A DNA stretch of 60,999 bases from a virus (taxonomy: Duplodnaviria > Caudoviricetes): the IMG/VR virus record IMGVR_UViG_3300004281_000002, positions 1 through 60,999 of that record; one strand, written 5' to 3'. How positions within the stretch are numbered: the first letter of the stretch is position 1; each line of letters starts with the position of its first letter. Of the stretch, positions 23,386-32,199 are shown one piece after another. The translations under genes and the position numbers were made by a program. The notes beneath the pieces are model-generated. The model searched no databases. It saw nothing but the letters and a program-made list of their open reading frames with translations, and was not told where the DNA came from.

Positions 23386-23907
23386 TCATGGGATCGTGTC
23401 CGGTGGTGGCGCGATCAGCTGGGGCGGGACGTATTCGGGGCTGAGTGGATTCATCGTCGTCGGACGCCCGATCGTGACGCTCCCAAGATACAGGGTCACC
23501 GTGAAGTTGCGAGCCAGGTTCGTCAGCGCCGTGTTCAGGGTGTGGGCCATGAGCCCGAGGCACTGGACCTGTTGGTAGCGGAAGAACACGGTCAAGTCGA
23601 TCAGCGGTCCCGTCACCCGGCTGATCGAGTTGTCGCCCCGGCAAAGACCCATGACCGGATTGGTCTGCTGGTTCCCCTGCTCGTCGTAGAGCACGATCGG
23701 GTTGCCCTTGGTATCGAGCATCGCAATCCCGACCTCGGCATTCTGGAGTTCCGCGGTGAGCTGCGCGGTGACGCTCTGATCGTACATCGTGACCAGCTTC
23801 GGCGGAACCGAGAGCACGCTCACGCTCGCCAGCGCATACGCCGCGGGCAGATCGTCCCCTACGAACTTCGTGGGGAACGGGATGAGCACGACCTGGAAGC
23901 GGGACAT
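23386..23907 (-). CDS. Hypothetical (possibly structural) protein, 173 aa
   Basis: TGATG coupling; beta-rich composition. Confidence 0.75.
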   Translation of the reverse strand: MSRFQVVLIPFPTKFVGDDLPAAYALASVSVLSVPPKLVTMYDQSVTAQLTAELQNAEVGIAMLDTKGNPIVLYDEQGNQQTNPVMGLCRGDNSISRVTGPLIDLTVFFRYQQVQCLGLMAHTLNTALTNLARNFTVTLYLGSVTIGRPTTMNPLSPEYVPPQLIAPPPDTIP

Positions 23908-24185
23908 CAGTGTAGTTTATCTGGGTCCGCAGGGAACGGCGCACGATGTTCCTTCTCCGCCGGATGACCGGGATACTCTGGCGTCGTGTCCTGGAAGAGC
24001 ATCGGCTGGCCCTCGGTGATCCGGGTAGGCTGCCGACCCTGGAGCGGCCCGAGCATCAGGTCGATCACGTTGACGGCTTCGTTCGGATTGTCCAGCGGCA
24101 GCTCGGGTACGGGGCTGTGCGGGAAGCGTGCGACGAATTGCTCGCGCACCATGTTGTAGCGCTCGATCAGGTCCTGGGGAATCAT
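23907..24185 (-). CDS. Hypothetical protein, 92 aa
   Basis: ATGA overlap with the giant virion protein gene. Confidence 0.75.
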   Translation of the reverse strand: MIPQDLIERYNMVREQFVARFPHSPVPELPLDNPNEAVNVIDLMLGPLQGRQPTRITEGQPMLFQDTTPEYPGHPAEKEHRAPFPADPDKLH

Positions 24186-27100
24186 CGTGGCTCACCCTCT
24201 CCGAAGATACCCGGCGCGTGCTCCGGAACCTTCTCGCCGGCCTCGCGACCCAGCACCCGGCGCAAGGTCTCCGACTTCACGCTAGGCGGCAAGCCCTTGA
24301 ACTTCAGGTAGCGCATGTACTCTTCGAGGTCGTCCAGGTCCTCCCGGATTTGCTCGCGCTCCTTGTCGTCCTTGGCGGCTTTCAGCTCTCGGAGCAGTTC
24401 GTCATGCTGATCGGACAGCGTGAACGCTTTACCTGGGGTCAGGTTCGAGTCCTCGTTGTTCTTGAGCCAGGCTTCGAGCGCATCTCCCGTGCCCCCGTTG
24501 AGGATGTCATGCAGCGCCTGGTTGAGATCGTAGGTCTGTACCTGCTGCTCGCCCAGCACCTGATGCGCCTCGCGGGCTATGGCTTTCGATTCCTTGGAGT
24601 CGGTCTGGAACACCATCGCCCGCATCGGGTTGAACCACTCCGCGAAGAAGTCCTGGATGCGCTTGCGCCACGGACCGCCGCCCGAGCCGATCACCCTGTC
24701 GAGCCAGGTCGGGTCCTGGCGGATGGCCCGGTCGGTGAAGTGGAGAATGCGATCGAGCGCCGGCATGGCTTTGCTCGCCAGGTACTGTGCCTGCGCCCAT
24801 ACGCGGCGTTTGGGGTCTGCCATCAGCTTCTCGGGTACGATCGGCTCGCCCGTCCGTGGGTCCTTGTTCGTGACCACGCCCTCGAAGGCTTGGCCGATCG
24901 GGCTCAGGTCGAGGATGTCCTTGAAGAATGTCTCGCCAATGTGAATGGCAGTGGCAGCGGCATCCGACCAGTTGAGATATGCCAGCTTGTCACTCTCCCT
25001 GTTCTTCCAGCGGGCAATCGCTTCCTCCATTTGCGGGATTTGCACGATGTTGAAAAAGAGATCGGCGCCCGTGGGGAAGACGATGGAGATATGCTGGTCC
25101 GGGTCCTTGCCGTACGGCAGCGTGATGTGCCACAGGAACATCTTGGTCCAGCTGCTCACGTTGCGCTCGGTGTCCCGGTGCAGGATATTGTTCCAGTAAA
25201 ACATCGCGGCAGCGGGAATGCCGTGCTTGAGCAGCGCCTCGATCGGATGCTTGGTCATGTACCGCGCCTGGTATTCCATCGTGCGGTGGTACCACGTGAT
25301 GAACGGCAGGTACCACCGGCGGAGCACTTGCTGATAACCCTCGGAGACACCCTGCGGGTCCACGAAGGTATTGCGCACGATCACGCCCAGCTGGTCCTCC
25401 GGCTCCAGCCCTTCGATCGGAAATACCTTGGAGTGTAGCTCCTCGCCGCGCATGATCTTGTCGTAATTCCGCATCGTCAGCGCGGCGCGTGGCCACAGCT
25501 CCATCGTGTTCGCCATCTTGTTTAGCGCCTCGGGCCAATTGAGCGGATTGGCCCAGAAGCGGGCGCGCTCTGTCGGCGTCATATTCCGCAGCTTGGCTGC
25601 CAGCTCGCGGCCCTCCTTGCCGTACCACGTCGAGCCGGAGCCAGCGCGCTGCTCGTCCATGATCCGCTTGATCTCACGCTCGTACGGCGTCATTCGCTCC
25701 AGGCTGCGGAAGAGCACGTGGTTTAATGTCGGGAATTTGAGAGCGTAATACAGGCCCGTCGCGTCCTGGAAATAATACTGGACGAAGTCCCCGAACGTGT
25801 TGGCCGCGCGGGTGCCTAAGCCGCCCGCAGCGACCATCGTTTTCTTCCACCACGACGGGTACTGGCGGTTGAAGCGAATCATCTTCCGGATGTTCGCGTT
25901 GTAGGCGTCGCGCTCGTAATATTTGACCGTCTCCTCCGGAATCAGATAGATCGGCGCGTCCTGACGGAGAATGAAGTCCGCAGCGGCAGCGGCTTCGTCG
26001 GATGGTGGTGTCCAGCCATCGTAGTAGAAGCGGCGCCAGCGGAAAACTTGGTAACGTTGCCCATCGATGTTCCGGACCTCGCCATCGGGCAGCTCGTTCT
26101 CCGTGAGCACCCGCCCGCTGCTGTCCGTGAAGTGCTCGGCCCACTTCTCGGGGTTGGCACGTAGCTCGGGCAGCTTGTCGTAGACCGGGAGCGTGGCCGC
26201 CGCCCGGTCCTCGATCGACCACGCCACGCGGCGGCGGAAGAAGTCCCGCTCGATCGCCTCCCGATAGGCGAAGTTGATCGACTTCTCGGAGCCGATCGCC
26301 TTCTTCGTCCAGGCTCGGAAGGGCTCACGGGCGGCGCGAGGCAATGCCCCCAGGTTCTTCCCGAGCATGTCGGAGAAGTTCTCGACCTCATGGGGGAAGT
26401 AGCGCCCCTCACGCGCGAGCAGCTCGGCGGGCAGGTGGCCGCGGGCAATGTCCTGCTGGAGGTACCAGCGGTGCATGTCGGTATCGCGGCGGAGAAATTC
26501 CTGCACGTCGGGGTGATCGCCCTCCCGGTCCATCAGCTCCTTCAGGTCGGCCTTCAGCTCGTCGGTCGAGCGGTTGAGCGGCTGCGGCTGGCGCTTCTCG
26601 AACGCTTCGAGCATGAGCCGGGCACGACGGAAACGCTTGATCGCCGTGCGCAGCTCGCGTCGCGGGCCTTCCTGCGCGGCCTCCACGGCGTCGCCTGCGG
26701 TCTGCAAGCGCTTACGTGCCCGCTCGATCTGCTTCGACGTGCCCACGGGCTCCTGGCTCCGACGCACCATGTCCTCCAGAATGGCGATCTTGCCGGCCAC
26801 CTTCTCGGCATCGGAGGGCGGGTCGGAAAGCCGGCGATGGCCGAAGGGCTGGAGGATTTGGGCGGCATCCTCCTGTGCCTTCTCCATCGCGTCCTCGCGG
26901 TCCTGCATCGCCTTGCGGCGCTCGACTGCGACCTTCGGCCACTTCTTCAGATCGGGTGGTGTCACCGCCATGAATTCCCGCGCTCGGTTGAAGAATTCCT
27001 TGTAGGGCTCCGCACGTCGCGCGAACCAACCCGGTGTCTCTTTCCGCCGCTCCATCAGCGCGTCTAGCTCGGGGTCACGGTGGATGGTCGGATCGACCGG

Positions 27101-27301
27101 GCGCTTGCTCGGCGGCACAGGACCGAAGCCCACACGCAGCGTGCCGCCACCACGCCAGGGCAGGTTGTCCTTGATGTCTTTCTCCTTCGCCTTGATGGCG
27201 TCGGCGTCGTCTCCGAATACGAGCTGCCGCCCGCGCCGCTCCCAGCTCGCGGCGTCCATGCCGTAGACCCACTTCTTGATCGCGGGGTCGCGCACGTACA
27301 C
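24182..27301 (-). CDS. C-terminal half of a giant internal virion/polyvalent protein (LPD38-like region)
   Basis: Frame is open upstream of the GTG to ~27520. W...WHITLP...ISIVFP segment resembles LPD38. Likely one gene with 27403..32199. Confidence 0.8.
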   Translation of the reverse strand: MYVRDPAIKKWVYGMDAASWERRGRQLVFGDDADAIKAKEKDIKDNLPWRGGGTLRVGFGPVPPSKRPVDPTIHRDPELDALMERRKETPGWFARRAEPYKEFFNRAREFMAVTPPDLKKWPKVAVERRKAMQDREDAMEKAQEDAAQILQPFGHRRLSDPPSDAEKVAGKIAILEDMVRRSQEPVGTSKQIERARKRLQTAGDAVEAAQEGPRRELRTAIKRFRRARLMLEAFEKRQPQPLNRSTDELKADLKELMDREGDHPDVQEFLRRDTDMHRWYLQQDIARGHLPAELLAREGRYFPHEVENFSDMLGKNLGALPRAAREPFRAWTKKAIGSEKSINFAYREAIERDFFRRRVAWSIEDRAAATLPVYDKLPELRANPEKWAEHFTDSSGRVLTENELPDGEVRNIDGQRYQVFRWRRFYYDGWTPPSDEAAAAADFILRQDAPIYLIPEETVKYYERDAYNANIRKMIRFNRQYPSWWKKTMVAAGGLGTRAANTFGDFVQYYFQDATGLYYALKFPTLNHVLFRSLERMTPYEREIKRIMDEQRAGSGSTWYGKEGRELAAKLRNMTPTERARFWANPLNWPEALNKMANTMELWPRAALTMRNYDKIMRGEELHSKVFPIEGLEPEDQLGVIVRNTFVDPQGVSEGYQQVLRRWYLPFITWYHRTMEYQARYMTKHPIEALLKHGIPAAAMFYWNNILHRDTERNVSSWTKMFLWHITLPYGKDPDQHISIVFPTGADLFFNIVQIPQMEEAIARWKNRESDKLAYLNWSDAAATAIHIGETFFKDILDLSPIGQAFEGVVTNKDPRTGEPIVPEKLMADPKRRVWAQAQYLASKAMPALDRILHFTDRAIRQDPTWLDRVIGSGGGPWRKRIQDFFAEWFNPMRAMVFQTDSKESKAIAREAHQVLGEQQVQTYDLNQALHDILNGGTGDALEAWLKNNEDSNLTPGKAFTLSDQHDELLRELKAAKDDKEREQIREDLDDLEEYMRYLKFKGLPPSVKSETLRRVLGREAGEKVPEHAPGIFGEGEPR

Positions 27302-27402
27302 GTCACCGTTGCGACGGATGGAATACTCCCGCCCGTTTTTATCGGTCCCGATGACGTAGTGCTCGGGCTCGGCCTTGGGGGTCGGGGCTGCCGGCTCAGG
27401 CG

Positions 27403-30400
27403 TTACCGGCGCCCCTTCGGAGGGCGGGGTGGTTTCTCGGGTGGCGGTTCTCCCCGACGCAGCGCAGCCAGCTGCTCCTTGAGCGTCTGGCCTTCCTTCG
27501 TGCGTAACGTGCGCTTCGCTTCACCGAGGATGACCTTGGCACCCTTTGCCGGTCCCTTCGGTGGCGGCGCCTCTTCCCCCGGCTTGACGAACTTCTTGGC
27601 CTCCGGGTCCCATACCTGCTCCGGTTCTTCCAGTGCCAGCGGCTTGTCCCGCCGCATGACGTGGGTCACGTCCTCAGGGTGAATCCAGGTCGTGCCACCG
27701 CGCTCGTTGGTCAGCCCGATCAGGTTGTTCTTCCCGATCCACCGGGAGACCTGGCCTGTGCCCTTGATACCATCGGGTCGGGTGTACCGGACAAATTCCC
27801 CCTGGAGGTCATTGTGGAGTTTGCGTGCTTGCGTGTATTTGACCGGCTGCTCAGGCGATTCGCCGGGCTTAAACGGTGTTGGTTCCGCTCCCCGTACGCG
27901 AGGAGGCGCGGCGGCGCCAGGTGCAGTCTCTGCCCGCTGCTTCCCACGCAGCTCGTTCACCTGATCGGCTAGGTAGCGGCGTGCGGCATCCTTGTCCGCG
28001 GTCGGAATGTCCACCTTGTCGAGCGCGGTGTCGAGATCGTGCAGGCGGTTGAGTCGCTGCTCGACCGTCTCGCCCGGTGTCGATGGCGCGTTCGCATCCA
28101 CCCAGGCACGCATGCGCTCCTGGTAGCTCTTGTCCTGTGGTGGAGCTGGCTCGGCGGCGCGCTCCTCGGCGGTCCGTATCTTGCGCGGGAGAATCTTCTC
28201 GCCCGGCTCAGCCACGCGTTTGCCGATTGGTGGAGGCGCCGCCTTGCCCTCGTACTTGTCCCGAATGGTCCGGAGCTGCTTCTCTGCCCAGGCATCGGGC
28301 ACCCGCTTGTCGTTCCGCCACTCGACCACCTTGTCCCGGAGCGTACGGAAGAAGTCCGTGCGCTGCTCGGGCGTCGTCGTATCCGGCAAGTGCTGCCTGA
28401 CCAGTCCTTCGATGTCGAGGTCAGGCGGTGCAGGTGGCTCGGGAGCCGTGGCTGGCGGCTTCTCGACGGGCGGCTTGCGGCCCGGCGGCGGCGGCGGGGC
28501 CTCACCTTTTGGGCGTCCGCGGGCTTCTCCTTCTAGGCGGTCCAGCTCGTCCAGGTGGCGCTGCGCCCACGTGTTGCTCACCTTGCCCGCGTCCTGCCAC
28601 TCCTGAATCTTTCCCCGGATTCCCTTGATCGCCGTGATGCGTCCGCCGCCGATCTTCTTGATCTGATCGAGCAGCCACGTGCGCGCCTTCTGGTCCGCTT
28701 CGGGTGGTGCCTTGGCCGCAGCTTCCTCGGCAGGAGCTGGCCGCTCCTCACGGGTGCGGCGGAGAATTTCCTTCGTCGGTGTCGGGGGCTCGCCACCCTT
28801 GGCACGGCGGGCTTCCATCCACGTCTTGAGGCGCGGCGGCACGGGCTTCTGCGCAGGCGCCGCCGCGTGTCCTTGGAACGTCGTAAGGTACGTCCGGAGG
28901 TCGCCAGCAGACTTTCCCTTTTCCAGTGGCTCTTCCCCACGACCCGGAGCGCCCTCTCGCGTGTGCAGCCAGCCCCCATTCGGCCAGACCGTGAGCGTGT
29001 GGCCTGGATAATCAGGGTGCGTGTATTCCTTGACACCCCGCTCGTTCGTGCTCTCCAGCTTCCAGCCGAATGCCACAGCAGGATTCCGCCGTGGGGGCGG
29101 TCCCTCCTCGGGCGGTGGTCCTTCGGGCGGTGGCGCCTTCTCTGCCGGTGCACGCTCGCCGGCTTCCGTGAGCATCTCACGGAGCACACGGTCCATCGCT
29201 GGGAACGCTGGATGCTCGGCGTTTACCCGCTTGTTGAGCGCCAGCAGCTCGCGCAGCTTCTCTGCGCGCGTGCCTTCCATGTCCCGGAGGTGATCTTCGA
29301 TATCGACTCGCAGCTGGCGATCGGCTGCTTTCACATTCTCGGGTCGTGCAGCTAGCTCCCCGAGCGGCGTAGCTTTCACAGGCTCTGTGGGCGGTGGTGG
29401 TTCCTCGGGTGCCTTCCTTGCAGCCTTGATCTCAGCGTCTAGCCGGATCACTTCGTCACTGACACTCCCAGCTTCCGCAATCGCGTTCGGTGTGGGGTTG
29501 CGGTAGAGCGTCTGAAGCCGTGCAACCAGCTCATCACGTTGCCGCTGGAGCCGCTCGATTTCTGGCGGCACGGCAGCGCGGGTTGGCGGTGCGCCCTCCT
29601 CGGGCGGTGCTGCGCCACCGGGCGGAGGAGGTGGCGGTGGGGGTCCTTCCCCACCAGCCGGGGGCGGCGGTGGACCACCCTCGCCACCCGGTGGCTTCCG
29701 TCCGCGACGCCCACGCACTGGAGGCGCCTCGGCCGGAGGTCCTTCGGCACCAGCGCCGGGAGGTAGCCCGAGCAGCTGGTGCGCCTGATCCATCAGCGCA
29801 TCGGCTTCGGCATGCTTGCCCTGCTCCATCAGCGCCGCTGCGCGGGCGAGAATCTCCTGGACCTGGGTATTGGCTCCGGCCTTCGCGGAGGTCTCTGCGG
29901 ATGGCACTCCTTCGCCACCAGGCGCCTCAGGAGCCACGGGAGGCGGTGGAGGAGGCCCGGCACCTTCAGGCGGCGGCGGCGCGGCTTCTGCGGCTCCTGG
30001 CGCAGCCGGCGCTGCGGGAGGCGGCGGAGCTATTGGTGGTGGCGGTGGCGGTGGGGGCGCTCCACCCCCCGCTGTAGGAGGGGGTGGCGGGGGTACACCA
30101 CCTGGGGGTGGAGCGCCGCCAGCGGCAGGCGCTACGGGTGGCGGTGGTGGCGGCGGTGGCGGCGGCGGCTGTCCGCCAGCGGGTGGCTCCTCGGGCGCGA
30201 GCGTCGACACGGCCAAGTCCTGGAGCCGGCCTTCCTCGTCCGCCTGCGCAATCTCGTCCTCGGAGAGGCCGGGAAAGTCCTTCTCGTAGAGCAGCCAGCC
30301 CGTCTTGCCCTGGTAGACATCCAGCCACGGGTAGCGCTGTACGAGGCGCTCCAGGAACGCCTGCACGCCACCTTCGCCTGCGGCCTCGGGCGGCATGAAC

Positions 30401-32199
30401 GCAGCGCTCTGCACGCCAGTCAGGAGGTCCGCGACGTTCTTCGGAACGTTCGGCAAGTCTTCGAGCAGGTTGATCGAGCGGTCTAGCTCACCCGCGTAGG
30501 CTTGCCCGTTTACCGCATCACGGATCGCTTCTGCGGCGTTCTGGATTTCGCCCTGAATCTCGGGATCGATGCCGCCCTGCGCGATCTTCTCCTGCGCAAC
30601 CTGCCACGCGAGCTGCACGCGCTGTTGCTGCTCGGGTGGCAGCTGGCCGGTTGGTATCCCTGCCGCAGCGCCTTCCTGCTTGATCTCCGGTGCGACCTCC
30701 GGCGGGACACCCTCGATTCCAGTGTCGCCCACTGCGGGGCCAGTCGGAGGCGGCGGCGCTCCTGGTGGCGCACCAGGCGGTGCGGTGGGTGGCGCAGGCG
30801 GCGCAGGCGGCGGTGGCTGCTCACCAGGACCACGGATCGGGTGATCGATCACAGACTGCACGAGGAACGGCGTCCACGGCTTCCCGAGCTGCTTCGCAAT
30901 CTGCTCGGCAGTCATCGCAGGCACGGCGGGATTCCCGAACGGATCGGCAGGACGGCCCGTCGCCATGCGCTTGATCTGCGTCATGAAGCCGCGCTGATCG
31001 GCCCAGCGCATGAACGTCTCGTCCGGGGCGACCATGCCCTCGAAGCCAGGAGGCGCGACAGTCGGTGCTGCCTCTGCCTTGGGAGCGCCCTCGCCGGCAC
31101 CAGGAGTCTGCTGCGCCGTCTCGTTCTCAGGCGCCGCGGATGTGGCGTCAGGCTTAGGTTCCTCGATCGTCCAGCCCGGCTTGATCCGGGTGATCGCTTC
31201 CGCGTCCGCGCGCCGCGTGCCCGGCGTCCGCTTCCCTTGCGGACTCACCAGCGTCACCACATCGTCGGGACCACCACCACCAGGTGGCGGCTCGACGGTC
31301 ACTGTGGGCGGACGCTCTCCAGGAGGCGCACCGGGCGGAGCAGGCGGCCCACCACGAGGACCTCCAGGCGGCCCACCGCCCGGTGGTCCTGGAGGTCCCG
31401 GTGGTCCCGGTGGCTCTCCGCCTCGGCGGAAATGAAGTGCCTCGAACGGCGCTCCGTAGATCACGCCCTGTGCCGCACCACGTCCCGTCGCCCGGATGAT
31501 GCGTCCAGCTCGCGTCGTGCCGGGCTCCGGCGGATGCGTCGGAGCGATCTCCTCCTCGGTACCCGCCGCGCCGCCCGCGCCAGCCCCATAGCCCGCGAGC
31601 CGGGCGATGGCACCGACGCCTTTCTGCACGAGTGGGGCCGCTTCCCGTGTGACGTAGCGCGCACCACGGCCTGCGAGCCCACCCGTGAGCAGCGAGGCGC
31701 CGCCAATGACGGCTTCCTTGCCGCCCTCGCTGATGATCTTCTCGACCTCGGCCTTGTCGAGCGGGCGGCCTTCGTCTTGCGCCTTCTCGTATTCTTCGAG
31801 CATGCGGTCGGCAGCGGCGGTGCCGACCCAGCCAGCCACCGGATTGAACATGCCGACCGTCAGCGGCAGCGCGCCGTGTCCCGCGATCTCACCGAAGGTG
31901 CTCATGTAGCCCTTCGGCTTCCAGCGCTCGACCTCTTGCGGGATGCCGTGGCCCGTGAAGTAGCGGTACGCAGCGCGGCCTACACCGGAGCGTTCGAGTC
32001 CGGTGACGAAGCCCGAGACGAGTCCCTGATCCTCGTCCCCACCATCGCCACCCTGATCGCCAGTATCGATGCCGCGGGCTTCCGCCGCAGCCTCCCACGC
32101 TGCCCGTGTGTCCTGCCAGTCCTGACTGTCTTCACTCAGCCCCTTCGACCGGAGCCGGTTCTCGATCGTAGACCACGGGGCGAGCTGCTGATCTGCCAT
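27403..32199 (-). CDS. N-terminal half of a giant Pro-rich internal virion (ejection) protein
   Basis: 1598-aa ORF; position after the SLT protein; long poly-Pro tracts; TGATG coupling at the start. Confidence 0.8.
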   Translation of the reverse strand: MADQQLAPWSTIENRLRSKGLSEDSQDWQDTRAAWEAAAEARGIDTGDQGGDGGDEDQGLVSGFVTGLERSGVGRAAYRYFTGHGIPQEVERWKPKGYMSTFGEIAGHGALPLTVGMFNPVAGWVGTAAADRMLEEYEKAQDEGRPLDKAEVEKIISEGGKEAVIGGASLLTGGLAGRGARYVTREAAPLVQKGVGAIARLAGYGAGAGGAAGTEEEIAPTHPPEPGTTRAGRIIRATGRGAAQGVIYGAPFEALHFRRGGEPPGPPGPPGPPGGGPPGGPRGGPPAPPGAPPGERPPTVTVEPPPGGGGPDDVVTLVSPQGKRTPGTRRADAEAITRIKPGWTIEEPKPDATSAAPENETAQQTPGAGEGAPKAEAAPTVAPPGFEGMVAPDETFMRWADQRGFMTQIKRMATGRPADPFGNPAVPAMTAEQIAKQLGKPWTPFLVQSVIDHPIRGPGEQPPPPAPPAPPTAPPGAPPGAPPPPTGPAVGDTGIEGVPPEVAPEIKQEGAAAGIPTGQLPPEQQQRVQLAWQVAQEKIAQGGIDPEIQGEIQNAAEAIRDAVNGQAYAGELDRSINLLEDLPNVPKNVADLLTGVQSAAFMPPEAAGEGGVQAFLERLVQRYPWLDVYQGKTGWLLYEKDFPGLSEDEIAQADEEGRLQDLAVSTLAPEEPPAGGQPPPPPPPPPPPVAPAAGGAPPPGGVPPPPPPTAGGGAPPPPPPPPIAPPPPAAPAAPGAAEAAPPPPEGAGPPPPPPVAPEAPGGEGVPSAETSAKAGANTQVQEILARAAALMEQGKHAEADALMDQAHQLLGLPPGAGAEGPPAEAPPVRGRRGRKPPGGEGGPPPPPAGGEGPPPPPPPPGGAAPPEEGAPPTRAAVPPEIERLQRQRDELVARLQTLYRNPTPNAIAEAGSVSDEVIRLDAEIKAARKAPEEPPPPTEPVKATPLGELAARPENVKAADRQLRVDIEDHLRDMEGTRAEKLRELLALNKRVNAEHPAFPAMDRVLREMLTEAGERAPAEKAPPPEGPPPEEGPPPRRNPAVAFGWKLESTNERGVKEYTHPDYPGHTLTVWPNGGWLHTREGAPGRGEEPLEKGKSAGDLRTYLTTFQGHAAAPAQKPVPPRLKTWMEARRAKGGEPPTPTKEILRRTREERPAPAEEAAAKAPPEADQKARTWLLDQIKKIGGGRITAIKGIRGKIQEWQDAGKVSNTWAQRHLDELDRLEGEARGRPKGEAPPPPPGRKPPVEKPPATAPEPPAPPDLDIEGLVRQHLPDTTTPEQRTDFFRTLRDKVVEWRNDKRVPDAWAEKQLRTIRDKYEGKAAPPPIGKRVAEPGEKILPRKIRTAEERAAEPAPPQDKSYQERMRAWVDANAPSTPGETVEQRLNRLHDLDTALDKVDIPTADKDAARRYLADQVNELRGKQRAETAPGAAAPPRVRGAEPTPFKPGESPEQPVKYTQARKLHNDLQGEFVRYTRPDGIKGTGQVSRWIGKNNLIGLTNERGGTTWIHPEDVTHVMRRDKPLALEEPEQVWDPEAKKFVKPGEEAPPPKGPAKGAKVILGEAKRTLRTKEGQTLKEQLAALRRGEPPPEKPPRPPKGRR

